The notes: generated from the letters alone by a model not told the origin. Shown: positions 1 to 14,594, counted from the first letter of the stretch. The stretch is DNA of 64,000 bases from the human T2T-CHM13v2.0 reference genome, Homo sapiens (GCF_009914755.1 NC_060947.1), one strand, 5' to 3'. Program-made: numbers and translations.

Positions 1-157
1 GCACAGTGAGCCTGTGCTTTTGGGTGACTTGGGGAGGGAAGCACTCTCAACAGCCTCTTCTTATTAGTTCCTTCTCCTCACTGCTCACTCCTGTTCATGA
101 GACTGGCTCTTCATCACCTGAGGAACTCTTGCCTTCAGAGAATGACAGAAGAAAAGC

Positions 158-522
158 TGTCTTATTCCATTTGTGCTGTTATAATGAAATACCAGAGACT
201 GGGTAACTTAGGAAGAATAGACATTTATTTCTCCCAGTTCTGGAGGCTGAAACTCCAAGATCAAGGTGTCAGCAGGTTTGGTGTCAGGCAAAAGCTGTTC
301 TAGTTTCTGAGATGGAGCCTTGTTGACACATCTTCTGGGGTGGTGAGTGCTGTGTCTTCATCAGGTGGGAAGTAGAAGTTTAAAAGGGGTGAACTCTCTC
401 TGAAGCCTCTCTTAGAAGGGAATGAACCCATTTATGAGAGCAGAGTCATCATGACTTAATTGCTTCTCCAAAGACTGTACCTCTTCATACCACCACTATG
501 GGGATTGAGTTTCAACACATAC
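158..522 (-). mobile_element. MaLR LTR (MST/MLT1A-like), one end truncated
   Basis: Begins tgtcttattccatttgtgctgttataatgaaataccagagactggg and contains cagttctggaggctgaaactccaagatcaaggtg, typical reverse-strand MaLR LTR motifs. Confidence 0.75.
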
Positions 523-753
523 ACCCAGGCTCACTGCAACCTCTGCCTCTCAGGTTCAAGTGATTCTCCTGCCTCAGCCTCCCGAATAGCTGGGATTACA
601 GTCATGCACCACCATGCCCAGCTGCTTTTTTGTATTTTTAGTAGAGGTTTCACCATGTTGGCCAGGCTACTCTTGAACTCCTGACCTCAGGTGATCCACC
701 TGCCTCGGCCTCCCAGACTGTTGGGATTACAGGCGTGAGCCACCGCGCCGGCC
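523..753 (-). mobile_element. Alu (S-type), tail missing, internal deletion
   Basis: ctcactgcaacctctgcctc...gctgggattaca...ggcgtgagccaccgcgccggcc. Confidence 0.9.
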
Positions 754-764
754 TGATTCTATTT

Positions 765-910
765 TCAAATGATAATATTTGGGGAATATTGGGTGAATAA
801 AATATATTCTTAAAATTATTTTTACTGGTAATTTTTACTTTTTAAATGTGGCTTCTAGAAGACATTATATACTGTGTGTCTTGTGTTACATTTCTATTTG
901 GCAGTATTGC
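765..910. mobile_element. MER33/MER3-like hAT-Charlie DNA transposon fragment
   Basis: atattgggtgaataaaatatatt...tttttaaatgtggcttctagaa...atttctatttggcagt resembles the MER33 end. Confidence 0.65.
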
Positions 911-974
911 TTGACAGTTATCTCTGGCCTCTGTGTCAAATGTATACTTCACTCCAGTTACAGTAAGCTTCATA

Positions 975-1125
975 TTTATTAAGCAGTCACTCCCCATTCC
1001 CCTCTCCAGCCCCTGACCACCACCAGTCTGCTTTCTGTCTCTGTGGATTTGCCTTTTCTGACAACAATATGTGGTGTTTTGTGTCTGGCTTGTTTCACTT
1101 AGCATCATATTTTCAAGATACACCC
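975..1125 (-). mobile_element. L1M 3'-end fragment
   Basis: cagtcactccccattcccctctccagcccctg...gtctggcttgtttcacttagcat. Confidence 0.7.
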
Positions 1126-1256
1126 TGTTTTATAGGTGAATATAAGGCCAAATCAACATCTGCTTCCATTTTTAGAATCCTGCATGATATTTAGAATGTA
1201 CTTTCATGCTGAGTCATGTCTTGATATTACAGTTTTTACCTATTTTTTTCCTTGAT

Positions 1257-1552
<296 letters not shown>

Positions 1553-1755
1553 GTTTGATCATTTTCTTAAGCTTAATTTGAACTTACATTTTTATTATGT
1601 GATCATGTATGTGTGACAATATTGTAAGCCTTTAAGAAATTATTGTGAAAATCTGCAAAATAAGATGTTAAGCAAAGTGAGTACTCTATTTTACTACTAT
1701 TGGGAGTGAAATTTTTTACACTTTTCAGTTTATTATGATTTTATCTTCTACTAAG

Positions 1756-2280
1756 CCAGAGTTTCTCAACTGTGGCACTATTGAGATTTAGAGCTGGGTA
1801 ATTCTTTGTCATGGGGCTGTCCTGTGCATTGAAAACTTTAATATCATCCCTGACCTCCGTCTACTAGATTTCAGTAGCACATCATAGACTTACAATCTCA
1901 GGTAATCAAAAATGTTTCCAAGGGGCTGAGAACAGAGGGTAGAATTAGGGAGATGTTGGTCAAAGGATACAAAATTTCACTTAGGAGGAATAAACTCAAT
2001 AAATCCATTGTCCAACATGGTGACTAGAGTTAATGACAATGTACTGTATTCTTAAAAATTGCTAAGAGAGTTTATTTTTTGCTCACCACAGAAAATATAA
2101 GTATGTGAGATAAGGCATATGTTAACTAGCCCTATTTATGTCGACATAATTAATATATACAATTTTTATCAATTAAGATGAATATATTAATGACCATCTA
2201 ATATTTACAGACATTACCTAAAGACTTCTGGAGGGAAGGTGGGGGAGGGGAAAGAACTCCTTGTTAATTATTGACCTAAA
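1756..2280 (-). mobile_element. MER20 split by an L1MA insertion (MER20 parts about 1756-1920 and 2200-2280)
   Basis: agtttctcaactgtggcactattga...ggggctgtcctgtgcattg...aaaaatgtttcca, resuming as cagacattacctaa after the L1 piece. Confidence 0.65.
1921..2190 (+). mobile_element. L1MA (late MA-type) 3' end
   Basis: gggagatgttggtcaaaggatacaaaatttca...catggtgactagagttaatgacaatgtactgtat. Confidence 0.8.
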
Positions 2281-2459
2281 TCATAGAAGTAGGACATGTA
2301 CACGATTAAATCTCATTATTTAAAAAAAGTGCAGAACGAGAACAAATTTTCAAGAATTATATGGAACATCACCGCAAGCACTAAATACAAAGATATTTAG
2401 GCTCTTCTTTCTCTGATTCTCCCCCCAAGATTTCAGTTTTTATTAAAGTCATTGCGTGT

Positions 2460-2725
2460 TATATTGATTAATGGGTACAAACACACAGTGTGATAGAAGA
2501 GTCCTGGTGTTTGGTGGACCAGTAGGGTGACTATAGTTTAGAATAATCCATTGTACATTTCAAAATATCTAGAAGAGAATGATTCAAATGTTCATAGCAT
2601 AAAGAAAAGACAAATATTTAAGGGGATGGATATCTAAAGTCACTGATGTGATCTTTACAATTATATAAATATATTAAATTATGACGTGTACCCTGAAAAA
2701 ATGTAAATCTATTATGTATCAATTA
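2460..2725 (+). mobile_element. L1MA4/5-like 3' end
   Basis: ttaatgggtacaaacacacag...gtagggtgactatagttta...agacaaatatttaaggggatggata. Confidence 0.75.
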
Positions 2726-3082
2726 TATATATATATCTAAATATAGATATATATCTAAATATAGATATCTAAATATAGATATATCCATATCTATATCTAC
2801 ATAGAGATTTTATATATATAATTGATACATAACATAGATATCTATACATAATATAGGTATCTATCTATATATTATATCTAGATATATTATGTGTATCTAT
2901 CTAGATATCTAAAATATAGAAATCTATATATGTAAATATCTATATATCTAGATATCTAAAATATAGAAATGTATATATGTAAATATCTATATATCTAGAT
3001 ATCTATCTATCTAGCTAGATATCTAGATAGATAGATAGATATAGATATCTAGATATATAGATGTCTATTGTGAGATATCTAG
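2722..3082. repeat. Complex TA/GATA microsatellite with internal palindromes and a 47-bp tandem duplication
   Basis: (TA)n and tatctagata units; ctagatatctaaaatatagaaat(c/g)tatatatgtaaatatctatatat at 2901-2947 and 2948-2994. Confidence 0.9.
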
Positions 3083-3421
3083 AACAAAAATAAATGATAA
3101 ATATTGTAACATATTAAGCATGAAAATAGCCACAGAGATTTGATATATGAACCTCTTTATTTATTATCTATATGAAAATATTGGGGTCCAAAATGCTAAA
3201 CAATTTGCTCAACCTTGACTCTTTTTCAACTGGAGATACACTTTTCATACTAGTTGATAAAAGAGTCAAGGTTGTTCTCTCTGGTATACTTCATTATTAT
3301 TGTTTTTCTTGACAAATGCCTAAAATATTCTATCCCATTCAAGAGGATGGTTGGAAAAAAAATCCACAATAAAAAATTAAGACAAACTATGGAATCGATG
3401 CAACTAAAATGCAGAATGTCT

Positions 3422-3428
3422 TTTATTT

Positions 3429-3467
<39 letters not shown>
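3422..3467. repeat. (TTTA)n microsatellite
   Basis: Direct reading. Confidence 0.95.
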
Positions 3468-3468
<1 letters not shown>

Positions 3469-3544
3469 GAGAGAAACACCACTCTCATTGACTTGGAAAT
3501 ATTTACTAGCTGGAAAGAATTTCATCTTTACTTCACTACTTTAA

Positions 3545-3889
<345 letters not shown>

Positions 3890-4590
3890 GCATTATGCAT
3901 TTTTGGTGTTCTTTGATTTTCCTTTTTATACAATGAACTTTGAAAAATAATCAAAATAAAATATGTTGAATCCAGAACTTCCAGTATTGCAGGCTTAAAC
4001 AACACAAGAAGCATCTGCATCATGAGAATAAATATGGAAAATTCTTGGAGCTTCCATAATTTATTACAAAATAGTCCTGCATCTGTTTTAGGGGAGACAC
4101 ATTTTCAAATGGAAATCAGGATTGTTGGATATCCTGTTTATCTATGGACATTCAGAAATGATACTGAGACAGTTTCTTTCTAAGAATATAAGATTTGAGA
4201 ATTTTAATTTTTTTCCCCTTTAGGACTTTAAATATTGCCTCTTCCCCAGGGACTCCTACCTTTTATTTGAGATACGCCTTCAATTTAGTTGCACATTGTA
4301 AAAAAGGCATTTTAACTGCGGCTGCAAAGGTAAAGGTCTTTAGTCAGCTGAAATGCTGACTTGCAAAATTAAAGAAGATAATTTTGCTAAATCAGCTACA
4401 ACTTTAATGGCCATTTAAAAATATCATTTCACTTGTCCCGAAGAAATCTTTCAGGTTACCTTGTAGCCGACTCTGATATTGGAATAAAATACTGATTAGT
4501 CAAGGTTTTATCTCAAATAGGATCTGTTTGCAACCACAGTAGTTTTTATAGGACATTACCATGAAGCTCTGTTTGCAAAACCAGTTATTT

Positions 4591-4750
4591 TCTCCTTCCT
4601 TCGTTCCTTCCTTCCCTCTTCCTTCCTTCCTTCCCCCTTCCTTCCTTCCCCCTTCCTTCCTTCCCCCTTCCTTCCTTCCCCCTTCCTTCCTTCCTTCCTT
4701 CCTTCCTTCTTTCCTTCCTTCCTTCCTTCCTTCCTTCCTTCCTTCCCTCC
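4591..4750. repeat. (CCTT)n polypyrimidine microsatellite
   Basis: Direct reading, with cccttccttccttcc variants. Confidence 0.95.
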
Positions 4751-5199
4751 ATTTTTTACATAAAGTTTTTTTTTTTCTATGTTCAGTCTCTATGGTCTCA
4801 TGTCCCGCCATGGCTTTCGACAGCATGTTCAGTTGATGATTCTCAGATTTACACAGCCAGCTCAGACCTCTTCTCTGAGATCCTGCCAAATTCACCACCC
4901 TGCCTGGCCATGCCACCAACATTCTTAATATGCCATGTTCAGGATAACGCTTAAGATTTTCATGTATCATCCCTTCCTCATTAGGATGAATAATACCAGT
5001 AGATATATGGGATATATTGATTTTTCCCTATGATATGATATGCTTGTTTTCTATTTCAGTAATTTTTGTTCTGACATTTATTATTTTATTTAAACTTATT
5101 AAAGGATTCCTCTACTGTACTTTCACTGATTTCTATACTTGAGTATTTTAATTACTTTAAAAAATTCATTTATAACTGCATATTTATATATCCTTTGGG

Positions 5200-5531
5200 A
5201 TATCTATCTATTTTTCTATCTGTCTGTCTATCTATTTATCTACCTATAATCTATCTACCTATGTATCTATCTCATCTATGTATGTATGTATGTATGTATC
5301 TATCTATCTATCTATTATCCATCTCGTATATCTATCTATTCATCTATCTACCATCTATCTACCTGTGTCATCTATGTATCTATGTATACATGTATGTATG
5401 TATGTCTCTATCACCTATCTCATCTATCTATTCATCTATCTATCATCTATCTATATAATCTATCTATCCATCTGTCTCTATTTATCTATGTATATATCTG
5501 TCTACCTGCCTGCCTACCTGCCTATCTATTC

Positions 5532-5597
<66 letters not shown>

Positions 5598-5705
5598 CTA
5601 ATCACCTGTCATCTCTATCTATCCATCATCTATGTATCTACCTACCAATCATCATCATCATCTATCACCTATTATCTCTCTATCTATCTCTACTTATGTA
5701 TATCT
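5200..5705. repeat. Degenerate (TCTA/TATG)n microsatellite
   Basis: About 500 bp of tcta, tgta and tcca units. Confidence 0.95.
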
Positions 5706-5777
5706 AAGTCTACTCCAAAAGCCCATTGTTAGCTGAGCGTCTTTGATGTACAAATATGTGATAATTGAACTGTTATT

Positions 5778-6150
5778 TGGTGGAGTAAATTACAAAAAAA
5801 CTGGCCACAAAGTCTTCCCATCCCTGTAGGTGCAGCCCATCTCAGTGGGATTTTGCTGCTCATCCCTGTAGGTACACTCCATCTCAGTGGGATTAACGGA
5901 TGTATTCTACTTTTTCATCTCCTTTGAATCTGGGCTTGTCCTGTCATTTTCTTTAACCAAGGGATTATTAGTCACACAGCAAGTTGAGATCCCTGAAGGT
6001 GAGATCCCTGGGCTGACGCCTTAGGGGGTTTTTAGCTCCCTCTCTTGCCTCCTTTGTACATGATACTGACTGGGAAAGAGCCTGGTCCAAGCTCCTGGAG
6101 GGTGAAAATTATCCTGTTCCTGTGGGGCTGCCAGATGATTGCAGGCTCTT
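5778..6150 (+). mobile_element. Old MLT1 (G/H-like) LTR fragment
   Basis: ctggccacaaagtcttcccatccctgtag...ctttgaatctgggcttgtcctgtcattttctttaaccaa; diverged. Confidence 0.45.
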
Positions 6151-6215
6151 GAGAAACCCCGGTGGGTGAACCATCCCCCTGAACCCAACTCAAGCTGCTT
6201 ATCACTAGAATGATG

Positions 6216-6264
<49 letters not shown>

Positions 6265-6285
<21 letters not shown>

Positions 6286-6567
6286 TGAGACAGGGTCCTG
6301 CTCTGTCACTCAGACCAGAGTACAGTTGTGTGATCACAGCTCACTGCAGTCTCAAACTTCTGTGCTCAAGCAATCCTTCCACCTCAGCCTCCCGAGTAGC
6401 TAGAATTACAGGTGTGCACCACCACACCCAGGTATTTTTTGTATTTTTTGTAGAGAGGAAGTCTTGCTATGTTGCCCAGGCTGGTCTCAAACTCCTGGTT
6501 CAAGCAATCCTTCTGCATTGCCCTCCCAAAGTGCTGGACTTATAGGTGTAAGCTGCCACATCCAGCC
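6265..6567 (-). mobile_element. AluJ with adjacent (TA)n tract (6221-6264)
   Basis: gagacagggtc...gatcacagctcactgcagtctcaaac...gctcaagcaatcc are J-type features. Confidence 0.9.
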
Positions 6568-7079
6568 TAAACATTGTTTTGAGTAACTTAATTTTTAGGA
6601 CACTGAACAAAAATATATGACTGATTTCTTTGTAAACCATGAATTAATCAAAATTACATATTTTATCATTCCAAATATATATTTTAATCTGCTTTTTAAA
6701 AAGTTATATTTTTGTCGCTGATGTCTCAATTGCCCTGTGATCAGAGAGAAACTATATATGCTATTGATTCTTTGAAATAAATTGAAATTTCCTCTGTGAT
6801 CTGGAATATGGCTGAATTTTATCAATACATTCAAGGAGACTAGTCTCTGTTGGGTGTTCTAAAACTACACTCACTCATTTTTTTTTTTTTTTTTTTGGCT
6901 TTGTTAGACATTTACAAACCCAATGTAGCTTTTCTGGTTTTCTTCTCTGTGAACAGCCTGCTCAAATATTTTGTCCATTTTCTACAGGATTGCTTTTTGG
7001 TTCATGGAAGTTGTTCATGGGGTCTGAGTGTTGATCCTTTATTAATTATACATGTTGAATAAAACTACTTCCCAGTTAG

Positions 7080-7808
<729 letters not shown>

Positions 7809-8447
7809 ATAAAACATATTCTTAAGCATTAAAGATTGAATCAGTTTCTAGTTTTCTTGTCTTTTGGTATTTTGGTGCAAGGAAACTTAAAGTTTATTCA
7901 TTGCTTTTATTCTCAAGTGAATACAAAACCCTCTACTTTTTCAGTACTTAGAAGATAAACAACACAAAATTAATTATTTCAGGAACTATATCAATCTAAA
8001 CTCAATTATTTTTTCAGTTGAAAATACGGCTTTTAATTGTCTGAAGATGAGGTGAAGATGAATTAACATGGGATAAAACAGACTTATTCTGTACATGAGA
8101 ATATAGTTTGTTTATCTGTGCACCCACCTACCTTAAGGGAAATACACACTTTATCAGATGGTTTTTTAGTATCACTGTTTTAAATGCAATACGCATTTAT
8201 CATGAAAGCTAGTGACTCTTGTTGACTGTGCGTCCGTCGTAGTCAGGGGCTTTACATATTTAAATAATAACCATGAGTCTTCAAAAAGAGCTCATTTACA
8301 ACTAGAGAAATGATAAAACAGTGATAGAAGGAGGTGTTGAGGAAATTAAATTAGAACACAAAATAATTAAAATGGTGAATTAACTATATACATGAGTAGA
8401 TTTCTTATGAACCCTTATCAGAGCTTAGAAAACTAAATATGCTTAGG

Positions 8448-8595
8448 CCAGCACTTGTCAAACTTTAAAGTGCGCCCACTGTCTTGGAGGATCTTGTTGA
8501 AATATAGACTCAGATTCAGTAGATCTTGAGGGGAGCTTGAGTTTTCTGCAATTCTCACCTGCTCCCAGGTGATTCCACTTTGTGTAGCAAGGCAC
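8448..8595. mobile_element. MER5A-like DNA transposon
   Basis: tcaaactttaaagtgc...gatcttgttgaaatatagactcagattcagtag...ctcccaggtgatt...ccactttgtgtagcaagg. Confidence 0.7.
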
Positions 8596-8859
8596 TAAAC
8601 TAGCATCTTGGTGGGGGGTGGGGGGGGTCTTATTTTTGTCAGTTTCTTACATAAAAATTTTCAAAGTATTATGTTTATTAAAATCTTTTTTTGAGATGGG
8701 AGAAGAAAGTACATTTAAATGACTTGGCTGTGGTCACAGTATATCTTCAAGTTACATCTTTGCAGGCATTTGGAGTTGAAATAAATTTCGCCATAGGTTT
8801 CTTTTTTCTTTTCTTTTCTTTCTTTTTTTTTGCAGAATTTTTTTTTGTTGGCTTTGTTT

Positions 8860-9680
8860 TCTTTTGAGGTAAATCTTATGTAACATATAACTAACCATTT
8901 TAGAGATGCATTTGTTGGCATTTAGTACATTTGCAATGTTGTGTAACCATCACCTTCACCTAGTTCCAAAACATCTCCATCAACCCAAAAAGAAAACCCT
9001 TACCAGTTAAGGAATCACTTCCTAACGCTCCCTCACCTCCCAAACCCTGGCAATCACTGAGTTGCTTATTGTCTCTATGGATTTGCCTATTCTGGACATT
9101 TCACATAGGTAGAATCATGCAATATGTGCTCTTGTATGACTGGCTTGTTTCACTTAGTATAATGATTTCAAGGTCCATTCGTGTTGTATTCTGTAGCAGA
9201 ATTTCGTTTCTCCCTGGTCAGTCATGGTGGCTCACACCTGTAATCCCAGCATTTTGGAAGGCCGAGGTGGAAAGATCAGTTGAGCCCAGGAGTTTGAGAC
9301 TGGCCTGGGCAAGACGGCAAGATCTCATTTCTACTAAAATTAAAAAAGATAATTAGCCAGGTGTGGTGGTGCACATCTGTGGTCCCAGCTACTTGGGAGA
9401 CTGAGGTGGGAGGATCACTTGAGCCCTGGAGCTGCAGTGAGCTATGATGGCATCAGTGCACTCCAGCCTGGGTGACAGAGTAAGACCCTGTCAGAAAAAA
9501 AAAAGGAAAAAAAAAAAAAGAATTTCATTCTTTCCTATTGGTGCAAATTTTCTGTTATACGGATAGACCACTTATTGTATACCCATTCATCCATTGATAG
9601 TTAATGGATATTTGGGTGGTTTTCATTTTTTTTCTATTGTGAAAGATGCTGCTATAAACATGCATCACAGTCATTTGCTT
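8860..9680 (-). mobile_element. L1MB 3' fragment interrupted by an Alu
   Basis: catttagtacatttgcaatgttgtgtaaccatcacc...tctggacatttcacatagg...cattcatccattgat. Confidence 0.8.
9216..9519 (+). mobile_element. AluJ
   Basis: ggtggctcacacctgtaatcccagc...gagcccaggagtttgagac...; degenerate TSD agaatttcgttt / agaatttcattc. Confidence 0.9.
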
Positions 9681-10739
9681 GATGTGGCTGTAGACCAATC
9701 CGTTTCTTTTAAAATGAAACCCAATGTGGCACCCTTATATTAGAGGAGAGATATTCAAGGCTTGCATGATAAAATCAACACAGGGTAGGCACCTTCCTTC
9801 CTTATGTTTAGTATCTCCCATTCCATGCAGACACTACACACAGATAGACACAAAGACACCCTGGTAAACAACCCTACAAGATTGACTCTGGTTCCATAAA
9901 CCACCCTCCTTACTTTTGCAGAGAACTAGTGAACTTCCAAAATTTTCCCAACATGTTATTTGGTGCATTTTGCTGGGAAGGATGGAAACCTCCATTTTCC
10001 AACTTGCTGTTCTGTGATCTCTTGGGCAGTATTTAAGTCGTTAAGAAATAGAGTAAATATCAACATGCCTTTTTATATTTTGTGTACAAGGATTCCCATA
10101 AACTGAGTTGGAAGGATTTGGAAGTCACTTTTTTCTCTATTTCTTGAAAAATCTGGCATTTAAAAATTACAACTGTTTAGTTCCCTTATATTTCGTTCCT
10201 CCATCCCTTAACTTTCTATTCACTTTAAAGCATTCCAATGGCTGTGAGTGTCACCCAACATGATATAAAATAGGCAGAGCTCTTCTATTTTACATAGCAC
10301 AGAGGAAGAGGTCAACATTGAAAGAGGCTCCTTGAGGGTTTTCTTGAGGAAGAATCCAGGGAACAGGTTAGGGTCTAGCAGAGGTGCCCCATTTTTATGA
10401 CAACAGCTCTCGGGGGTAGGGGGGAGCATTTCTGCACCCACTACTCATCCCCTTGTAGCTCTGTGCTTTGCTGTGATGTTTGATGTCTACTAATTGAAAG
10501 TCCAATTTCTTTGGCTCCATTTCTACTATTTCCTGGATTTCCACTTAACTCTCCCTACAGAAGAGTGCCGGCATTTGTATTTTTAAAACAATTTCCAGGG
10601 GATTCTCATGAACAAACCTATTTGGAGTCAATTGCCTCTGAAGGCATAACCTCACAAAGTGGCTAAGTCTACTCTTTAATGTTCTTTTGCCTACTGCATT
10701 GCTATGAAGTATAAATCACATTATTGAATAAATTTTATT

Positions 10740-11158
10740 TGTCATGGATTAAACACTGTCAACCCCCCAAAATTCACATCCACCTAGAACTTGTGAAAGG
10801 GACCTAATTTAGAATGAGGGTCTAATGTAAGGGTTGAGATGAGATTGTCCTGCATTAGGGTAGACCCTAAATGCAATGGCAAGTGTTCTCGTAAGAGATG
10901 CACAGTGCAGAGACATGCAGAGAAAAGAGGAGAAAACCACATGGAGATAGAGGCAGAGACTGCAGTGATGTAGCCACAAGCCAAGGAATGCCTGGAGCCA
11001 CCAAGAGCTGGAAGAGCCAGGAAGGATCCTCCTCTAGAGATATCAGAGGAAGCATGGCTCTGTGGATACCTTGATTTTAGACTTCCAGTCTCTAGCACTA
11101 TAAAAGAACACATTTCTTTTTTTGGTAATAGTTATGGCAGGTGAATGAAACTAATATG
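10740..11158 (+). mobile_element. MLT1C/B-like MaLR LTR
   Basis: gcagagactgcagtgatgtagccacaagccaaggaatgcctggagccaccaagagctggaagag...aaactaata. Confidence 0.8.
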
Positions 11159-11174
11159 CCATGTAATGTGCCAA

Positions 11175-12510
11175 TCCACATATGACCCCTTACCAAACAC
11201 ATGAGCAGCCTCCTCCACTATCAACATCATCCACCAAAATGGTCTATTTTTTACAATCCATGAACCTACATTAACACATCATTGCCTGAAGTCTAGAGCT
11301 CACATTAGGGCTCAGTCTTTGTGTTGTACATTTTACGGGTTTGGACAAATGTGTAATGTCATGGACTCATCATTATAGCATCATACAGTGTGGTTTTACT
11401 GCCCCAAAAAGCCTCTGTGATACATTTATTTAATAGTCCACTTCTGCCCCTAGAGCCTGGTAACCATGATCTATTTGCTATCTCCACATTTTGCCTTTTC
11501 TAAAATGTCCAATAGTTGAAGTCGCATAGTATGTAGCCTTTTCAGATTGGTTTCTTTCACTTAGAAACATGCATTTAAGTTTCTTCAATGTCTTTTCATG
11601 GCTTGATGGTTCATTTCTTTTCATTGCCTAGATATAGGAATGTTTACTTATCTGCTCACCTATGGAAGACTTTGATTACTTTCAAATTTTGGCAATTGTA
11701 AATAAACCTAGTATACATATTTGCATGTAGGTTTTTGTTGGGATATAAGTTGTCAACTTCTTTGGTTAACTACCAAGCAGTGTGATTGTTTAACTGTATG
11801 GTAAAAATGTGTTTAGTTTTGTAAGAAACCACCAACTGTCTTCCAAAGTGGCTGTACCATTTTGCATTTCCATCTTCTAGGAGTGAGAGTTCCTGTTGCT
11901 TCACATTCTCACCAGCATGTGGTGTTGTCAGTGCTCTGAATTTTGGCCCTTTTTTCTATAGGTGTATAGCGGTATCTCACTGTTTTGATTTCTAATTTCC
12001 TAATGACATATAATGTGGAATATCTCTTCATATGCTTGTTTGCCATCTATACATCTTCTTTGGTGCTGTATCTTAAAGTTTTTGACCCACTTAAAATTGC
12101 TTATCTTCTTACTGTTGAGTCCTGAGTTTTTTGCATATTTCGAATAACAGTCTTTTATCTGCTATGCCTTTTGGAAATATTTTCTCCCTGTCTGTGGCTT
12201 GTCTTCTCATTCTCTTGACAGTGTCTTTTGCAGAGTATAAAATTTTTAATTTTCATGAAGTCCAGCTTGCCAATTCTTCCTTTGCTGGATAATGCTTTGG
12301 TGATGCAACTAAAAATCATTGCCAAATTAAAAAGGCATCTAGATTTTCCCCTGTGTTATTTTCGAGGTGTTTTATAGTTTTGCATCTGGCATTAAGGTCT
12401 GCAACTCATTCTGAGTTCACTTTTGTGAAGGATGTAAAGTCTATGTCAAGGTTCTTTTTTTTAAGATGTAAATGTTCAGTTGTTCCAGCATCATTTGTGG
12501 AAAAGGCTTT
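11175..12510 (-). mobile_element. L1MC1/2-like fragment
   Basis: catgaacctacattaacacatcatt...gggtttggacaaatg...ttccagcatcatttgtggaaaag. Confidence 0.8.
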
Positions 12511-12620
12511 TAAAAAAATATATTTGTCACATTCCAATTCAATCAGTTTTAAAAAATTGTTTTAATTTAAAATTCAGAATAATGTTTAAAGCTTTATGTT
12601 GGACAAAAGGCATAGCTATT

Positions 12621-13428
12621 TGTATTAGTTTCCTGGGGGTAGTCTTAACTAGTTGTCACAAGACAGGTGGCTTAAACAACATAAATTTATCCTCTTATCA
12701 TTGTAGAGAACAGAAGTCCAAGATGGAGCTGTTGGCAGGGCCACACTCTCTCAGAAAATCAAGGTGTCACGCTCGCTTGGACAGCTCTAGGGGAGGATCA
12801 TTCCTGCCTCTCCCAGCTCCTGGAGGCTCCAGGCATCCCTGGGCTTGTGACTACATCACTCCAGTCTCTGCCTCCATCTCCACGTGGCCTTCTCCTCTGT
12901 ATCTGTGTCTCCTCTTCTGTCTCTTAGAAGGATGCCTGTCACTGCATTTAGGGCCCACCCTAATCCAAGATGATCTCATCTTCAGATTCTTAACTAATGA
13001 CATCTGCGAAGATCCTATTTTCAAATAAGGTTCCATTCACGGTTTCTGGGGGATAGGACATAGACATATATTTAGGGGGTCACCATTCAACCCATTATAA
13101 TTGTACCCAGTTCTTTCTGGAGGCTCTAGGGGAGGATCCTCCCTGCCTCTCCCAGCTCCTGGTGGCTCTAGGTGTCCCTTGGCTTGTGGCCACATCATGC
13201 CACTCTCTGACACCATCTCTCCAGTGAATTTTCCCACTTTTCTCTCTATATCTCTTGTAAGAACACTTGTCATCAGATTTGGGGCCTGCTGCCCCTAATC
13301 CAGCATAATCTCATCTTGATTCTCACCTTAAAATTACATTTGCAAAGATTATTTTTCCAAATTCACAAGTTCTAGAGGTTAGGACTTAGAGCTGTCTTTT
13401 TCAGAGACACAAGTCAATGCATTATATT
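12621..13428 (-). mobile_element. Head-to-tail MLT1C-like LTR array (full unit plus partial unit)
   Basis: tgtattagtttcctg start; ggctctaggggaggatc...cctgcctctcccagctcctgg core repeated at about 12785 and 13120. Confidence 0.8.
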
Positions 13429-13723
13429 AATATTTAGTGAGTTATCTAGATTCACTAAGAGTGGAGTTTTGAAGAAATTGAGCAATGTTATGAATTGTAA
13501 AGCCAGGATGGAGGCGAGTTCTGTTTCCACATATTGGAATGAGAGATACGTTACTGACTGTGAAAGCTATATACTCTGTGAAATACTACTATTGCACTAC
13601 TTGGTGTAGAAATACCAACACCATCCTTTATACTTTCCCTGATAGGGTATAACTTAATATATTAGCTAACGTCATTGTCAAATAGTTGGTCTTGGCTTTT
13701 CTAAAAAAAGAGAGACATAGAAG

Positions 13724-14095
13724 TGCTTTACTCTGTTCTCACGCTGCTAATAAAGACATACCCAAGACTGAGAAACTTATAAAGGAAGGAGGTTTAATGG
13801 ACTCACAGTTCCACATGGCTGGGGAGGTCCCACAGTCATGGCAGAAGGCAAAGGGGAAGCAAAAGCATGTCTTACGTGGCAGCAGGCAAGAGAGTGTGTG
13901 CAGGGAGACTGTCCTTTAAAAAACCATCAGATCTCCTGAGACTTATTCACTATCATGAAAACAGCATAGGAAAACCTGTCCCCCCCCGCCCCATGATTAA
14001 ATTACCTCCCACCAGGCTCCTCTCATGACATGTGGGGATTATGGGAGCTATAATTCAAGGTGATATTTGGGTTGGGATGGAGACAAACCATATCA
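13724..14095 (-). mobile_element. THE1 (B/C-like) solo LTR
   Basis: gctgctaataaagacatacccaagactg...gactcacagttccacatggctgggg...aaaccatatca. Confidence 0.9.
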
Positions 14096-14594
14096 TATGC
14101 AAACATAAAAGGCTGCCAAAATGTTTTGTCTTCCTCTTCCATCCAATGTGATTAATTCTCCAAACTATAGCTGGAGTCCTCTTCCTGAAACACACCAGTC
14201 CATTTGTCTTCCTTCTGTTCCCAGCCCTTGTATGGCAGCTCTGTATGGTGATCAGAACAACGTGCATTCCTTTTGGATTTTGCCTCAAAGAGAAGACTCT
14301 GTCTACTGGTCTGGTTGCTTTTTGGTTTTGTTTGTGTTTGTTTTTGCTATTCCTGCTTGCTACAGGGACACCAAGCTTACCTCTTGGTCCATGACCATGT
14401 GGCTCTCTCTGCCCAGAAAATGTCTCCCTTCTTCTAGAATGTGCGTTTAAAGGTTTCACCAAGCTCCCTCTTGGCTGTTCCCTTTAGTTTCAGCATAGGC
14501 ACCATTTCCTTTGGGGACCTTTGATTCTCCAAGGCCCAGTGAGGTGTGTCTTCTGTGTGCTGCTGTTGCACTTCAAAGGCAACTCTCTTTTTCA

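Noticed and set aside
8609-8628. G-run ggtggggggtgggggggg as a G-quadruplex
   Set aside because: It is short and isolated, with no supporting context.
12480-13028. 182-aa ORF
   Set aside because: It spans an L1MC end, AT-rich spacer and an MLT1 LTR, and has no recognisable domain.
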